A stretch of DNA of 64,000 nt from an uncultured delta proteobacterium (GTDB lineage Bacteria; Desulfobacterota; Syntrophia; Syntrophales; UBA2192): the NCBI GenBank assembly GCA_963705165.1, contig CAVPJD010000024.1, forward strand, positions 64,001 through 128,000. The letters are read 5' to 3'. Of this stretch, positions 10,293-19,592 are shown piece after piece. Position 1 is the first letter of the stretch; each line of letters begins with the position of its first letter. The position numbers were made by a program, and so were the translations under genes. Under the pieces are notes generated by a model that was not told the DNA's origin, did no database searches, and worked only from the letters and a program-made list of their open reading frames with translations.

Positions 10293-10874
10293 CTATTTGC
10301 CTTTTTTTCTCACGGCCTGCCCGATCGAAAAGGCATCGCCCAGCCGCTTGCCTGTGCCGTAATAGGCATTCGCCTCGGGGGCATAGAAAAAGGGTTTCAG
10401 CTTTTCAACGTCCGGCACCCCCTTGTCATCCAGGACATCCTCGTCGGCCTTGACGTCGAGGATCTCACCGACGAATAGCGTGTGCAGTCCCAGCTCGATC
10501 TGATGGACCAGCTTGCATTCCAGGACGAGGGGTAACTCTTCAATGTAAGGGGCGTTGACCAGGGTGCTTCGGACCGGAGTAAGACCGGTCTCGGCAAACT
10601 TGTCCGCCTTCTTTCCCGACACCATGCCGCAGTAGTCGGCCTGGACGGCATATTGATCGGAGGGGATACTGATGGTGAAGCCGCCCTGCTGAACAATGTT
10701 TCCGTAGGTGTACGTGGCCTTTCGCAGCGAAACGGCCACGCAGGGGGGGCTCGAGCAGCAGATGCCGCCCCAGGCGGCCGTCATGACATTCGGCCTTCCT
10801 GTAGCGTCATAGGTTCCCACGAGCATGATCGGCGTGGGATACAGGATCGTTTTGGCACCGAGTGACTTTTTCAT
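10293..10874 (-). CDS. flavin reductase family protein (flavoredoxin-like)
   Basis: PNVMTAAWGG, LECK, GLHTLFVGEI. Confidence 0.9.
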   Translation of the reverse strand: MKKSLGAKTILYPTPIMLVGTYDATGRPNVMTAAWGGICCSSPPCVAVSLRKATYTYGNIVQQGGFTISIPSDQYAVQADYCGMVSGKKADKFAETGLTPVRSTLVNAPYIEELPLVLECKLVHQIELGLHTLFVGEILDVKADEDVLDDKGVPDVEKLKPFFYAPEANAYYGTGKRLGDAFSIGQAVRKKGK

Positions 10875-11027
10875 TTCACCCTCCTTGAAGGATTGCAGGT
10901 TCAGTCAATCATCACGTCTGATCACTTGCCCCCGGGGGGGCGAGGCTCCATCGGAGCTTCAGCTTACGGAGAAAAAAACCGATACTAGTTCCGGGAGCAA
11001 CCACAACACGCCTGCAGGAGTGCATCC

Positions 11028-11228
11028 ATGGATTTTGGAACCACACTGATTTTCTCGATCCTCTTTGGATCGATAGGCATGGGCTATTTTGTCTATGGCA
11101 AAAAGCAACAGGCGGCTCTCCCCTTGATCGCCGGTATCGGTCTTTGCCTTTTTCCTTATTTCGTCTCCAACGTCTATATCATGGTTCTCGTGGGAATTGT
11201 CCTGATCGTCCTGCCTTGGGTGATCTGA
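11028..11228 (+). CDS. small membrane protein
   Basis: LFGSIGMGYFVYGKKQ...FPYFV pattern; RBS ggag. Confidence 0.75.
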   Translation: MDFGTTLIFSILFGSIGMGYFVYGKKQQAALPLIAGIGLCLFPYFVSNVYIMVLVGIVLIVLPWVI

Positions 11229-11292
11229 CCGGCCAGAAACAGGGGACGAATCTCAACATTTCAGACTGAGCCCGGTGTTTCCTGCTTTTCTC

Positions 11293-11754
11293 TCATTTGT
11301 CCTGAATCTGTATCAGAATTTCTTCGCCTTTCGCGCAGACCACGCCTTCCGCGGACAATGTCACGCTCACAGTGACTTTACGGCCCTTGATCTCCATGAT
11401 CCTTCCCCTCAACTCCAGGGACGTTCCCAACGGTGTCGGTTTCAGGTAATCCACTTTCAGGGATGCCGCGACAAAGCGTGGAAGAGGTTTCTCACCCAGG
11501 GAATGCCCCTCCTCCCGCAATTTCGCCGCCGATGCGGTAGCGGCGCCGTGACAATCGATCAGGGAAGCGATGATGCCTCCATAGGCGAATCCGGGAACGC
11601 CTCCCGTGTAATACGGCTGGGGCGTGTAATGACAGACGCTCTCTTCGCCGTCCCAGTAGCTCTTGATGTGCAGCCCCTCGTGATTGAGCCGCCCGCAACC
11701 GTAGCAATGCGCAAATTCATCGGGATAGTAATCTTGAAAGGCTTTCTTCTCCAT
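11293..11754 (-). CDS. PaaI family thioesterase
   Basis: CYGCG..N..GL, YGGIIASLIDCH, VDYLKPTP. Confidence 0.88.
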   Translation of the reverse strand: MEKKAFQDYYPDEFAHCYGCGRLNHEGLHIKSYWDGEESVCHYTPQPYYTGGVPGFAYGGIIASLIDCHGAATASAAKLREEGHSLGEKPLPRFVAASLKVDYLKPTPLGTSLELRGRIMEIKGRKVTVSVTLSAEGVVCAKGEEILIQIQDK

Positions 11755-11811
11755 CGTTTACTCCTTCTTCAAGGGAGGGTCTGCGGGTCCCTTACATCAA
11801 CCTTTCCCGCA

Positions 11812-11970
11812 TCACCGCTTCCAAAATAACAGATAAAGCACCGTCGCAATACCCGCCCCAATCGCAACGGGCGACCCAAACGGAATTGCGTCCCACAGAC
11901 TTTGCATTTGCCCGATGATGCCCGACAGGAATTCGGATGATTTGGATGCCAGCAGCCCGTATTCGACCAT
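11812..11970 (-). CDS. 52-aa small membrane protein (below ORF-track cutoff)
   Basis: MVEYGLLASKSSEFLSGIIGQMQSLWDAIPFGSPVAIGAGIATVLYLLFWKR; GAGGA upstream; C-terminal TM followed by KR. Confidence 0.5.
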   Translation of the reverse strand: MVEYGLLASKSSEFLSGIIGQMQSLWDAIPFGSPVAIGAGIATVLYLLFWKR

Positions 11971-12044
11971 TGGTTCCTCAACTCACAACCCCTGGGGCGT
12001 TGTTTGTTTCAATTATCTTGAAATACAAGGCCTTGCCTCTATCA

Positions 12045-12416
12045 TCATGGCTGTTTAAAACTAAAATAAAATGTTTTTGCCTCATAATCATCATAAAAGG
12101 AGATATCATCTCCGTTCACCTCGCCGTTAAAATGACAAGGTGTCAAATCATCCCAGCCCTTGAACGTATTACCATTTATCTGCACATCGATGAGATGGCC
12201 ATGGCCGAAATCGTATAGATCGAGGATGTTCTCTTCTCTGGGTCCGGCAGTATAACAGCCCCTGTCGTTACTGAATATGTTAATGAAACTTGGGCTTATA
12301 GTCCCCTCAAAACTTACAGACTTGGATTGTAAATGATCATAGATGGATAACGTGTCCAGGCCGGTGATGATCCGTCCGGCAATATAGGCGATCGTGGGAC
12401 GCAGTTTTGGCTGCAT
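12045..12416 (-). CDS. hypothetical protein
   Basis: 123-aa ORF with RBS gagga, lower GC; repeated YD motifs. Confidence 0.7.
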   Translation of the reverse strand: MQPKLRPTIAYIAGRIITGLDTLSIYDHLQSKSVSFEGTISPSFINIFSNDRGCYTAGPREENILDLYDFGHGHLIDVQINGNTFKGWDDLTPCHFNGEVNGDDISFYDDYEAKTFYFSFKQP

Positions 12417-12494
12417 GGCATTTATTCCTCACTCGAATTTATTCCGCACGCAATTGCACAACCGGCTCTTTCGACGATCAGGTGCGGCGAGTAG

Positions 12495-13088
12495 TTATGC
12501 TTTCCTTTTGTTCTTGAGTTCCTTGTACCTGAAGCAGTCTACGACATGATCATTTACCATGCCTACTGCCTGCATGAAGGCGTAACAGATGGTCGGCCCG
12601 ACGAACTTGAACCCCCGCTTCTTCAAATCCTTGCTCATGGCATCGGACTCAGGGCTGCGAGAGGGGATCTCCGCCATCGTTCTCCATGAATTCCGGATCG
12701 GTTTGCCATGAACGAATTGCCAGATGTAGCGATCGAAACTTCCAAATTCCTTCTGAACCAGCAGAAATGCCCTGGCATTCGTGATCGCCGCGTTGATTTT
12801 GAGCCTGTTTCTGATGATCTCTGAATCGGTGAGCAGCCGGGATACTGTATTCTCAGAGTATCTGGAGATTTTCCGGGCGTCAAAATTGTCAAAAGCTCTT
12901 CTGTAACCTTCCCGCTTTCTCAGGATGGTCGACCAACTCAATCCCGCCTGTGCGCCCTCTAAAACAAGAAACTCGAACAGCGTCCTGTCATCGTGGATCT
13001 CCACACCCCATTCATGATCATGATAGGCCCGTTCGAGTTCGCTTCGATTGGCCCAGTCGCAACGTTTCATCCGCCTGCTGTTTTCCAT
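12495..13088 (-). CDS. tag: DNA-3-methyladenine glycosylase I
   Basis: RCDW, YHDHEWG, LEGAQAGLSW, IIRNRLKI, GMVNDH..C. Confidence 0.95.
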   Translation of the reverse strand: MENSRRMKRCDWANRSELERAYHDHEWGVEIHDDRTLFEFLVLEGAQAGLSWSTILRKREGYRRAFDNFDARKISRYSENTVSRLLTDSEIIRNRLKINAAITNARAFLLVQKEFGSFDRYIWQFVHGKPIRNSWRTMAEIPSRSPESDAMSKDLKKRGFKFVGPTICYAFMQAVGMVNDHVVDCFRYKELKNKRKA

Positions 13089-13099
13089 GACGTGGGCTG

Positions 13100-13297
13100 T
13101 CATTTCCTCTTGGACAGTACATCCATAACTAATGGGATCGTGCTGATCGCCCCAATCAGAAATAATGTCCACCCGAGCTTCTTTCGCTCGCCTTTTTCCA
13201 GATGATCGGCAAGCAGCAGTGCGCCTCCCGCCCCCAACATGACGCGGGTGCCGGCGATCAACATAATCTCCGGCAATGCCAATTCCGCTTTCTTCAT
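13100..13297 (-). CDS. small membrane protein
   Basis: IAGTRVMLGAG..LLL, GWTLFLIGAISTIPL; RBS ggagg. Confidence 0.7.
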   Translation of the reverse strand: MKKAELALPEIMLIAGTRVMLGAGGALLLADHLEKGERKKLGWTLFLIGAISTIPLVMDVLSKRK

Positions 13298-13373
13298 CGT
13301 ACGGCCTCCATTCTACCGCCCTGTTGCGTCATTCAGTTGGTTCCGCTCCACTGCCAACGGAATCAGCACCCCT

Positions 13374-14036
13374 TCATTTCTGAGCCCTGCTTTCGACCTT
13401 TGTCGCAAATACGTACGCCCTGCGGCTTTGATATTCCACGCCGGGGTAGGGCTCCCTTTCGATGGTCTCTATTCTTTCGAATCCACTTTCCCTCAGGATT
13501 CTGGAAATCCAATCTATGTTGAAGAACATCACGTCGATATCGACCTTCCTGCCGAGGAACTCGTCCAGGTGGATTGTCCTCTCCCCTACGTGGTATGTCA
13601 ACAAGAAGAGCCCGCCCTGTTTCAATACACGAAACACCTCGCGGAACGCGGTTCCAACCTGTTCTTCCGTGAAATGAATGATCGCGTAGAACGCAACGAC
13701 GCCGGATATCGTTTCGTCTTCGAAATCGAGACGGAGAATGTTTCCCTTTCTGAAGTGGATGTCCGGGTGACGTGCTCTCGCCTGTTCCAGCATGGCCTCT
13801 GACAGGTCCAGCCCCGATATTTCCATGCCAAGGTCTTTCAGGTATCTTGCCGTGTTGCCGGGACCGCAGCCGAAATCCCAGACCGGTTTTCTGTTTGCCA
13901 TCTCCCGGCGGAATCTTCCCAGCAACTCGCGGTCCTTCGGTTTCTTTTCATGCTCGCCGGAAAACGCTACCGCCCAATCTCCGGCGATTGCGTCGTAAGA
14001 AGTCTCTATCTTCTTCAAATCCTGATTCATCCTCAT
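13374..14036 (-). CDS. class I SAM-dependent methyltransferase
   Basis: DFGCGPG motif I, GLDLSEAML. Confidence 0.9.
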   Translation of the reverse strand: MRMNQDLKKIETSYDAIAGDWAVAFSGEHEKKPKDRELLGRFRREMANRKPVWDFGCGPGNTARYLKDLGMEISGLDLSEAMLEQARARHPDIHFRKGNILRLDFEDETISGVVAFYAIIHFTEEQVGTAFREVFRVLKQGGLFLLTYHVGERTIHLDEFLGRKVDIDVMFFNIDWISRILRESGFERIETIEREPYPGVEYQSRRAYVFATKVESRAQK

Positions 14037-14111
14037 GGCGAAAGGAATACGGCCGTCTGTGCGTCCTGCAGAAGAGTGCAGATCTCAAGTTTTTAGTCTG
14101 CCCCAGATCTT

Positions 14112-14513
14112 TCATGCTTTCCCCCCTCTGGAAAGCATGTAGCCTGAGGTGAATAGCACAATCAACATCCCCTGAAAGATGAGCATCGGCGCCATGGATG
14201 AGAGGGGCGCAAAGCCGCTCGAAACGGCATAGATGCCGCTCGCCATCAGTCCGAGGATCACGACGTTCGTGATGACCAGGACATCCCTCCGCTCTACAGG
14301 CTTCCTGTCTGCCCAAAGTAAAAGGATAGTCCACCCCACCATGAGCGAACCGGCGATCCCCATTGCGTATCGATAAGGTATTCCCGGAATCATGTGAGTG
14401 AGAGGGCTCTCGAAACCAAGGACCGCCTGGGAGAGCATGACCCATGCTGCAATCCCGTCTGAAATCGCTCCGACCCAATAGCTGATACGCAGCCATCTGG
14501 TATTTTGTCTCAC
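14112..14513 (-). CDS. hypothetical membrane protein
   Basis: Four TM segments; GWTILLLWADRKPVERR. Confidence 0.75.
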   Translation of the reverse strand: MRQNTRWLRISYWVGAISDGIAAWVMLSQAVLGFESPLTHMIPGIPYRYAMGIAGSLMVGWTILLLWADRKPVERRDVLVITNVVILGLMASGIYAVSSGFAPLSSMAPMLIFQGMLIVLFTSGYMLSRGGKA

Positions 14514-14683
14514 GAAGTCACCTGCACGGATCCGTATATCTCCATCAACATTCCGTCTTCGGTCCGCAAAGACTCAAGGATAAAGATTTGACCCCTTTTC
14601 TACATCACCGATAATATATTCTGTCGCCATAATTGAACAATAGATAGTGTTAGCCTCACTATTGACCTTCCCGCGGCGAAGGG

Positions 14684-14937
14684 AAAAAGGCCAGAGACAA
14701 GGCGTCGGGGCGACTGAGGAATGAGGCGTACTTTGTGCGTACGTCGCAGTGACGAAGGCGCCAGGCAACGCAGTATGTGGCCTTTTGAATTTCGCCCCTT
14801 TCTTGCCGCTAAAGGCTGGTCAAAAATGGCCAGATGCAAGGCGCCCGACGAGCCGCGGAGCGAGGCGTATAGAGACATACGTTGAGCGACGCGGGGCAAG
14901 GGCAACGCCGCAGATGGCCGTTTTTGATCCAGCCTTT
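14684..14937 (+). mobile_element. two tandem related MITE-like elements (14684-14787, 14811-14937)
   Basis: Second copy has TIRs aaaggctggtcaaaaatggcca / tggccgtttttgatccagccttt; both share caaggcg...gaggcgta...ggcaacg; no ORF. Confidence 0.65.
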
Positions 14938-15131
14938 CAGTCTTTCTTTGAAACCTTGACGACTATACTCCTACAGCACTCCTCATTCTTGATGAGAAAC
15001 GCATCGGGCTTTTCCATGATCTTGTACTGGCCGTTGGCCTCGATGATGAGGTCATCCTGGGTCAGGCCGTCTGTCTTGTTGATGATCATGAAACGTCCGA
15101 GGGGAACACCGCCTTCTTTAAGAACTGCCAT
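14937..15131 (-). CDS. hypothetical protein (64 aa)
   Basis: Strong RBS ggagggag; ends ECCRSIVVKVSKKD. Confidence 0.7.
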   Translation of the reverse strand: MAVLKEGGVPLGRFMIINKTDGLTQDDLIIEANGQYKIMEKPDAFLIKNEECCRSIVVKVSKKD

Positions 15132-15149
15132 TTCTACTCCCTCCTAATA

Positions 15150-15430
15150 ACGTTTATTTCGTTTGTTTCGTTTATTTCGGCAGAAAAAGTGCTGAGGTCT
15201 AAGTGCCTGAGGTTAAAGCGAGATTGTCGCGGGGCGTTCGCCCCTCGCAATGACAGAAGGGAAAATCCCCCTCTATCCCCCTTTATGAAAGGGGGATTTC
15301 ATAAAGATAAGTAACGTAGATTGCTTCGTCGGCCTGTGGGCCTCCTCGCAATGACTTTCTTTTTCCTCGAACCTCGTTCCTCGGTCCTCTTCTTTCTTCT
15401 ACACTGGTCACTGAGCTTACCGGTCACTGC
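15150..15430. repeat. composite intergenic repeat cluster (REP-like palindromes plus 7/9-mer arrays)
   Basis: gattg...ctcgcaatgac x2, ccccctttatgaaaggggg, (cgtttattt)n, (cctcgNN)n, cactgg/cactga. Confidence 0.7.
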
Positions 15431-15440
15431 CTGATTTTGC

Positions 15441-16022
15441 TTACAGCAAAATCAGGCCCGTCCACGTGACCTTCTCCGTCACGGGGAAGTGGAGTTCCGG
15501 GAGTCCCGAATTTACCAGCGTGCCGATGACGTCTATGCCCATGGCCTCCATGGAGGGCCGCGCCCGGAAGGGGTGGCGGCAATGGCCCTCGGGCTCCATG
15601 ACGATGCACTCCTCGCATAGACGGCAGCATCCGCCGATGAGCCCCGTGGCAAAGCGGAAGTCCGCCTCGAAACAGAGCCGCTCACCCAGGTTCACCAGTT
15701 CGTGGAGCACCCGTGCGGGGTCGAAGACGGCCTTGGTTCTCCCTTTTGTCTTCTTGTGAAGGGGAACGCTCAGTTGCACAACCAGCGCCTTGTCATAACG
15801 TGCAAGCGCAGCCCGAAACTCCGCAACCGATGGAAGATAGGGCGGGCACATGAGGTTCTTGCCGTAGGATTCGCAGATCGGAATCTGGCATTTGAGGCGC
15901 ACGCGCTCATCGACGATCACGTCGGTGGCCTTGATGATCTTGACCTCCGAGGCGCCTTTCTTCTTGAGGGTGTCGATGACTTTATTGAGTTTTTGTGATG
16001 GCGTTTTCGCGGACGGCTTCAA
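15441..16022 (-). CDS. DUF2284 Cys-rich metal-binding protein
   Basis: LKC..C..YG..LMCPP, GCCRLCEEC, CRHP..ARPSMEAMGIDV. Confidence 0.88.
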   Translation of the reverse strand: MKPSAKTPSQKLNKVIDTLKKKGASEVKIIKATDVIVDERVRLKCQIPICESYGKNLMCPPYLPSVAEFRAALARYDKALVVQLSVPLHKKTKGRTKAVFDPARVLHELVNLGERLCFEADFRFATGLIGGCCRLCEECIVMEPEGHCRHPFRARPSMEAMGIDVIGTLVNSGLPELHFPVTEKVTWTGLILL

Positions 16023-16133
16023 ATGAATACTCCTTGTTTTATTGATGAAAAGCGAAGAGGAAATCGCGGATTGCCGCGCTTCGCTCGCAATGACGTTTAT
16101 TTTGTGCCTCGGACCTCGATCCTCGAACCTTCT

Positions 16134-17318
16134 CTAGATTTTTACGCAATAGCCGCTTTTTGTCAGTTTCTCGCCGCCGTTTTCCGTGACGAGAAAGACA
16201 TCCTCCACCCCCACGACGCCTTCGCCGGGGAAGGTGAACTTGGGCTCCAGGGCGATGACGTGACCGGGCACGAGTACGGCCTTGCTGTTGCGTGAGATGA
16301 CAGGGGGCTCGTCCAGCTCCAGGCCGAGGCCGTGGCCGCAGAAGCCGGCCTTGTCGTTGCCGAAGCCCATGAAGTGCGGCAGCAGGTTCTTCTTGTCGGC
16401 CAGCTTCTCCGCCTTGCGGTAAAGCTCGCTGACGGCGACACCCGGGTGGATGTCTCCGGCCAGCGCCTGGAGGATCTCCAGGGACTCCCGGTATGCGCTC
16501 TCCAGCTTCTCGGGAAGCCTGCCCAGCGAGAAGGTGCGCGTGATATCGGCGTTGTAGCCCCCGATCGTGGCGGCCATGTCGACGATGACGGGCTCGTGGC
16601 GCGCAATGGGTCGGTGGCTGGCGCCGGCTGGAAGGGCGAAGCTTGCGCCGTGACCGCCCTCCGTCGTGTCCACGAAGGCAGGCTCGGCGGCGGCGGCACC
16701 GGAAATAACCGGACCCCAGTAGCATTCCGCGTTGAATGCCCGCATCCGCACGTAGCCCTGATGCCCCCTCATCCTGGCGGCCATCTCGATGCGCGCAGAG
16801 AGCTCGAGCTCCGTCATGCCCTCCTTGAGCGCCTCGCGGGCAACGCGCATCATCTGGTCGCCAAGCTTTGCCGCCTGCCGGATGATCGCGATCTCGAAGG
16901 GGGACTTGATGGAGCGGATGGCCTGGATGACAGGCGAAATGTCGACGATCTCCCCCGGATTCAGGGCCTCCACATAGCGTGCATATTGGTTGAAGGGCAG
17001 GACATCGAGCTCCATGCCCAGGCGCTTGATCTTTTTGTAGCCCTTGTCGGCAAGCACACCGGCAAGCTCTCGGGGGCTTCGCGCAGTGAAGAGATGCTCG
17101 AGGAGGGTTTCCGAGTGGATGCGGTTGGGGTTTTTACGGATGAAAAGGATGGGGTGCCCGTCAAAGGGGACGAATAGCCAGCCCTGGGGGACGGTGCCGG
17201 TGAAGTAGAAAAGATCGGCGTTCTGGACAATGAGCGCCCCGTCGATTTTCGCCTCGGCCAGGCGCGCCTGCAGGGCCTTGATCCGGCGGTCCAGTTCCTC
17301 CTTCGGCGTTTTCTGCAT
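16134..17318 (-). CDS. M24 (Xaa-Pro peptidase/creatinase fold) family protein
   Basis: IKSPFEI, GYNADITRT, GHGLGLELDE, ALEPK, GVED. Confidence 0.9.
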   Translation of the reverse strand: MQKTPKEELDRRIKALQARLAEAKIDGALIVQNADLFYFTGTVPQGWLFVPFDGHPILFIRKNPNRIHSETLLEHLFTARSPRELAGVLADKGYKKIKRLGMELDVLPFNQYARYVEALNPGEIVDISPVIQAIRSIKSPFEIAIIRQAAKLGDQMMRVAREALKEGMTELELSARIEMAARMRGHQGYVRMRAFNAECYWGPVISGAAAAEPAFVDTTEGGHGASFALPAGASHRPIARHEPVIVDMAATIGGYNADITRTFSLGRLPEKLESAYRESLEILQALAGDIHPGVAVSELYRKAEKLADKKNLLPHFMGFGNDKAGFCGHGLGLELDEPPVISRNSKAVLVPGHVIALEPKFTFPGEGVVGVEDVFLVTENGGEKLTKSGYCVKI

Positions 17319-17366
17319 GTGCCCCCCAGGCAGAGTATCTGGTTCAGGGTTCAGGAAGAAGGGTGA

Positions 17367-17461
17367 TGGTTCGACGAGCTCACCATGGCAAATCTAGAAA
17401 AGTCATCCTGAGCTTGCCGAAGGACCCCCTCACCCTTGCCCTCTCCCGCGAGGGGAGAGGG
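17367..17461. repeat. REP-like palindromes
   Basis: ggttcgacgagctcaccatg, gtcatcctgagcttgccgaagga, ccctcacccttgccctctcccgcgaggggagaggg. Confidence 0.6.
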
Positions 17462-17472
17462 AACCTATAAGG

Positions 17473-18030
17473 TTAAAACTCGATGCCGGCTCGCTCCTTT
17501 ATGCCCTGCGAGTAATGATGCTTGATCTCCTTCACCTCGCTCACCGTATCGGCAAGGTCGATAATCTCCTTGGGGGCGTAACGGCCCGTCAGGATCACGT
17601 CCACCGTCTGGGCCTTTGCCTTCAGGGCATCCACCACGTCTTGCAGGGGGATGAGCCCGAAGTCGATGGCGATATTCAGCTCGTCGAGGATCACCATGTC
17701 GAAATCCCCGGACTGGATGGCCGCTTTGCCCAGGTTGAAGCCCTCGCGGGCAAGCTCCACGTCCACCGGCGCGGGGTTGCCCCGCATGACGAAGCTGTCG
17801 AGGCCGCACAGCTTGAAGGTGAGGTTGGGGAGGCACTGCTCGGCGCAGAGGACCTCGCCGTACTTGCGGCCCTTCATGAACTGGACGACGAGCACCTTCT
17901 TGCCGTGGCCGAGCGCCCGCAGGGCCTGCCCGAGCGCGGCCGTGGTCTTTCCCTTGCCGTCGCCGGTGAAGACCATGATGAGACCGCGATTGTATTTCGC
18001 GAGGGTTTCTTCGATGGCATCCTTGGTCAT
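17473..18030 (-). CDS. cobO: cob(I)yrinic acid a,c-diamide adenosyltransferase
   Basis: TGDGKGKTTAALG, QFMKG, ILDE, LTGR..P, GIEF. Confidence 0.93.
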   Translation of the reverse strand: MTKDAIEETLAKYNRGLIMVFTGDGKGKTTAALGQALRALGHGKKVLVVQFMKGRKYGEVLCAEQCLPNLTFKLCGLDSFVMRGNPAPVDVELAREGFNLGKAAIQSGDFDMVILDELNIAIDFGLIPLQDVVDALKAKAQTVDVILTGRYAPKEIIDLADTVSEVKEIKHHYSQGIKERAGIEF

Positions 18031-18120
18031 GTCGTCCTCCGGGAAAAAAGGGGCTAGGGTACAGGGAAAATGAAGAAAATCCCCCTGTGTCCCCCTTTAT
18101 GAAAGGGGGAGTTTAATTGA

Positions 18121-18160
18121 AAAAGCCCGGGAGGGTCATTAGAAGACCATCCCGGGCTTT
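18121..18160 (-). terminator. hairpin/terminator after meaB
   Basis: aaagcccggga...tcccgggcttt with T-tract on minus strand. Confidence 0.55.
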
Positions 18161-18182
18161 CCTCGTTAGTTAATGGTTTCGA

Positions 18183-19154
18183 TCACAGGCACCCCTCCAG
18201 GTACCGTTTGGCGATGTCCTCGGCAGCGGTGTAGGGGTCGATCTCCTTCTTCATAACCTTTTCGATCAACCCTTCCATCTGGCCGCTTCCGAGAAGCTTC
18301 AGGAGGACCGGCTCGAGGATGCTCGCCCGGATGGCCTCGTTGAGCTCGACGGTCGCCTTGCGGCGCATCCTGCTGCCGATGAGGTCCTTGTCGACGAGAT
18401 GCTTGTAATGCTCTTCAATCTTGGTGGTGACGTCATCCAGCGCCTTTCCGAAGCCCTCCGGCTGGAAGGCGTTTTCCACCTTCATGATGGACGGCCGCCA
18501 TCCCCCCTGGAAGGCGGACGGCGGGGCCATGTCGAGCATGGCCAGCAGCTCCCGCGAAAGCTTGGAGGCGCCATCGCGGTCTGCCTTGTTCACGATGAAG
18601 ATGTCGGCGATCTCGAGGATCCCGGCCTTGATGGCCTGGATCTCGTCGCCCATCCCCGGCACGAGCACCACGAGAACCGTGTGGGAGTGGTTGATGATGT
18701 CCACTTCCTGCTGACCCGTGCCGACGGTCTCCACCATGATGATGTCCTTGCCCAGGACGTCCATCACATGGATGGCATCCCCCACGGCCTTTGCCAGGCC
18801 GCCCAGAGCCCCGCGCGTGGCAAGGCTCCGGACGAAGACGCCCGGGTCCTCGGCGTGGCGCTGCATGCGGATACGATCGCCGAGGATGGCGCCCCCCGTG
18901 AAGGGGCTTGTGGGGTCGACGGCCAGCACGCCGACGGTCTTCCCTTTCTTGCGGAAGCAGTCGATGAGGCCGTCGGTCAGCGTGCTCTTCCCCGCACCGG
19001 GCGAGCCGGTGATGCCGATGACGTGCGCCCTCCCCGTGAGAGGGAAGAGGTGCTTGATGGTGAGCTTCGCCTCGGGCATCCGATCCTCCAGGTTGCGGAT
19101 GAGGCGAGAGGCGGCACGTATGTCACCGCCCTTGATCTTCTTTGTGATTTCCAT
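18183..19154 (-). CDS. meaB: MeaB/ArgK GTPase chaperone of B12 mutases
   Basis: GITGSPGAGKST, VDPTSPFTGGAILGDRIRM, ETVG, NKAD. Confidence 0.95.
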   Translation of the reverse strand: MEITKKIKGGDIRAASRLIRNLEDRMPEAKLTIKHLFPLTGRAHVIGITGSPGAGKSTLTDGLIDCFRKKGKTVGVLAVDPTSPFTGGAILGDRIRMQRHAEDPGVFVRSLATRGALGGLAKAVGDAIHVMDVLGKDIIMVETVGTGQQEVDIINHSHTVLVVLVPGMGDEIQAIKAGILEIADIFIVNKADRDGASKLSRELLAMLDMAPPSAFQGGWRPSIMKVENAFQPEGFGKALDDVTTKIEEHYKHLVDKDLIGSRMRRKATVELNEAIRASILEPVLLKLLGSGQMEGLIEKVMKKEIDPYTAAEDIAKRYLEGCL

Positions 19155-19169
19155 TCCGGATGTCCTTAC

Positions 19170-19574
19170 CTATGCTCTCGGTTTCACGTTTGTGTTGATC
19201 CAGGTGACGATGGAATCCAGCGTCGCGCCGGGAACGAAGATCGCCTTCAGGCCTGCATCATACATCAGCTGGAAGTCCTGTTCGGGGATGATCCCGCCGC
19301 CGATGACCATGATGTCGTCGGCGCCCTTGTCCTTGAGAAGCTTCGTGACGGCAGGATAAAGATAGCGGTGGGCGCCCGAAAGGCAGCTCAGGCCCAGAAG
19401 ATCCACGTCTTCCTGCACCGCCGCCGACACGATCTGCTCGGGCGTCTGGTGACAGCCCGTGTAAATCACTTCGTAGCCGGCATCGCGGAAGCAGCGGGCC
19501 AGAACCCTGGCGCCGCGGTCGTGCCCGTCCAGACCCGGCTTTGCAACCATAACACGCAATTTTCGATCAGACAT
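19170..19574 (-). CDS. cobalamin-binding small subunit of acyl-CoA mutase
   Basis: AKPGLDGHDRGA (DxHxxG), GGGIIP. Confidence 0.95.
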   Translation of the reverse strand: MSDRKLRVMVAKPGLDGHDRGARVLARCFRDAGYEVIYTGCHQTPEQIVSAAVQEDVDLLGLSCLSGAHRYLYPAVTKLLKDKGADDIMVIGGGIIPEQDFQLMYDAGLKAIFVPGATLDSIVTWINTNVKPRA

Positions 19575-19592
19575 GATATCTCCCCCTCCTTC

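Noticed and set aside
11860..11915. c-di-GMP-I (GEMM) riboswitch-like words GGGCAAA...GGGACGCAA on the minus strand
   Set aside because: No GAAA-capped P2 stem can be formed, and the segment reads as the 52-aa membrane ORF
14684..15430. Possible CRISPR array
   Set aside because: Repeats are heterogeneous palindromes without constant repeat/spacer periodicity; no cas genes
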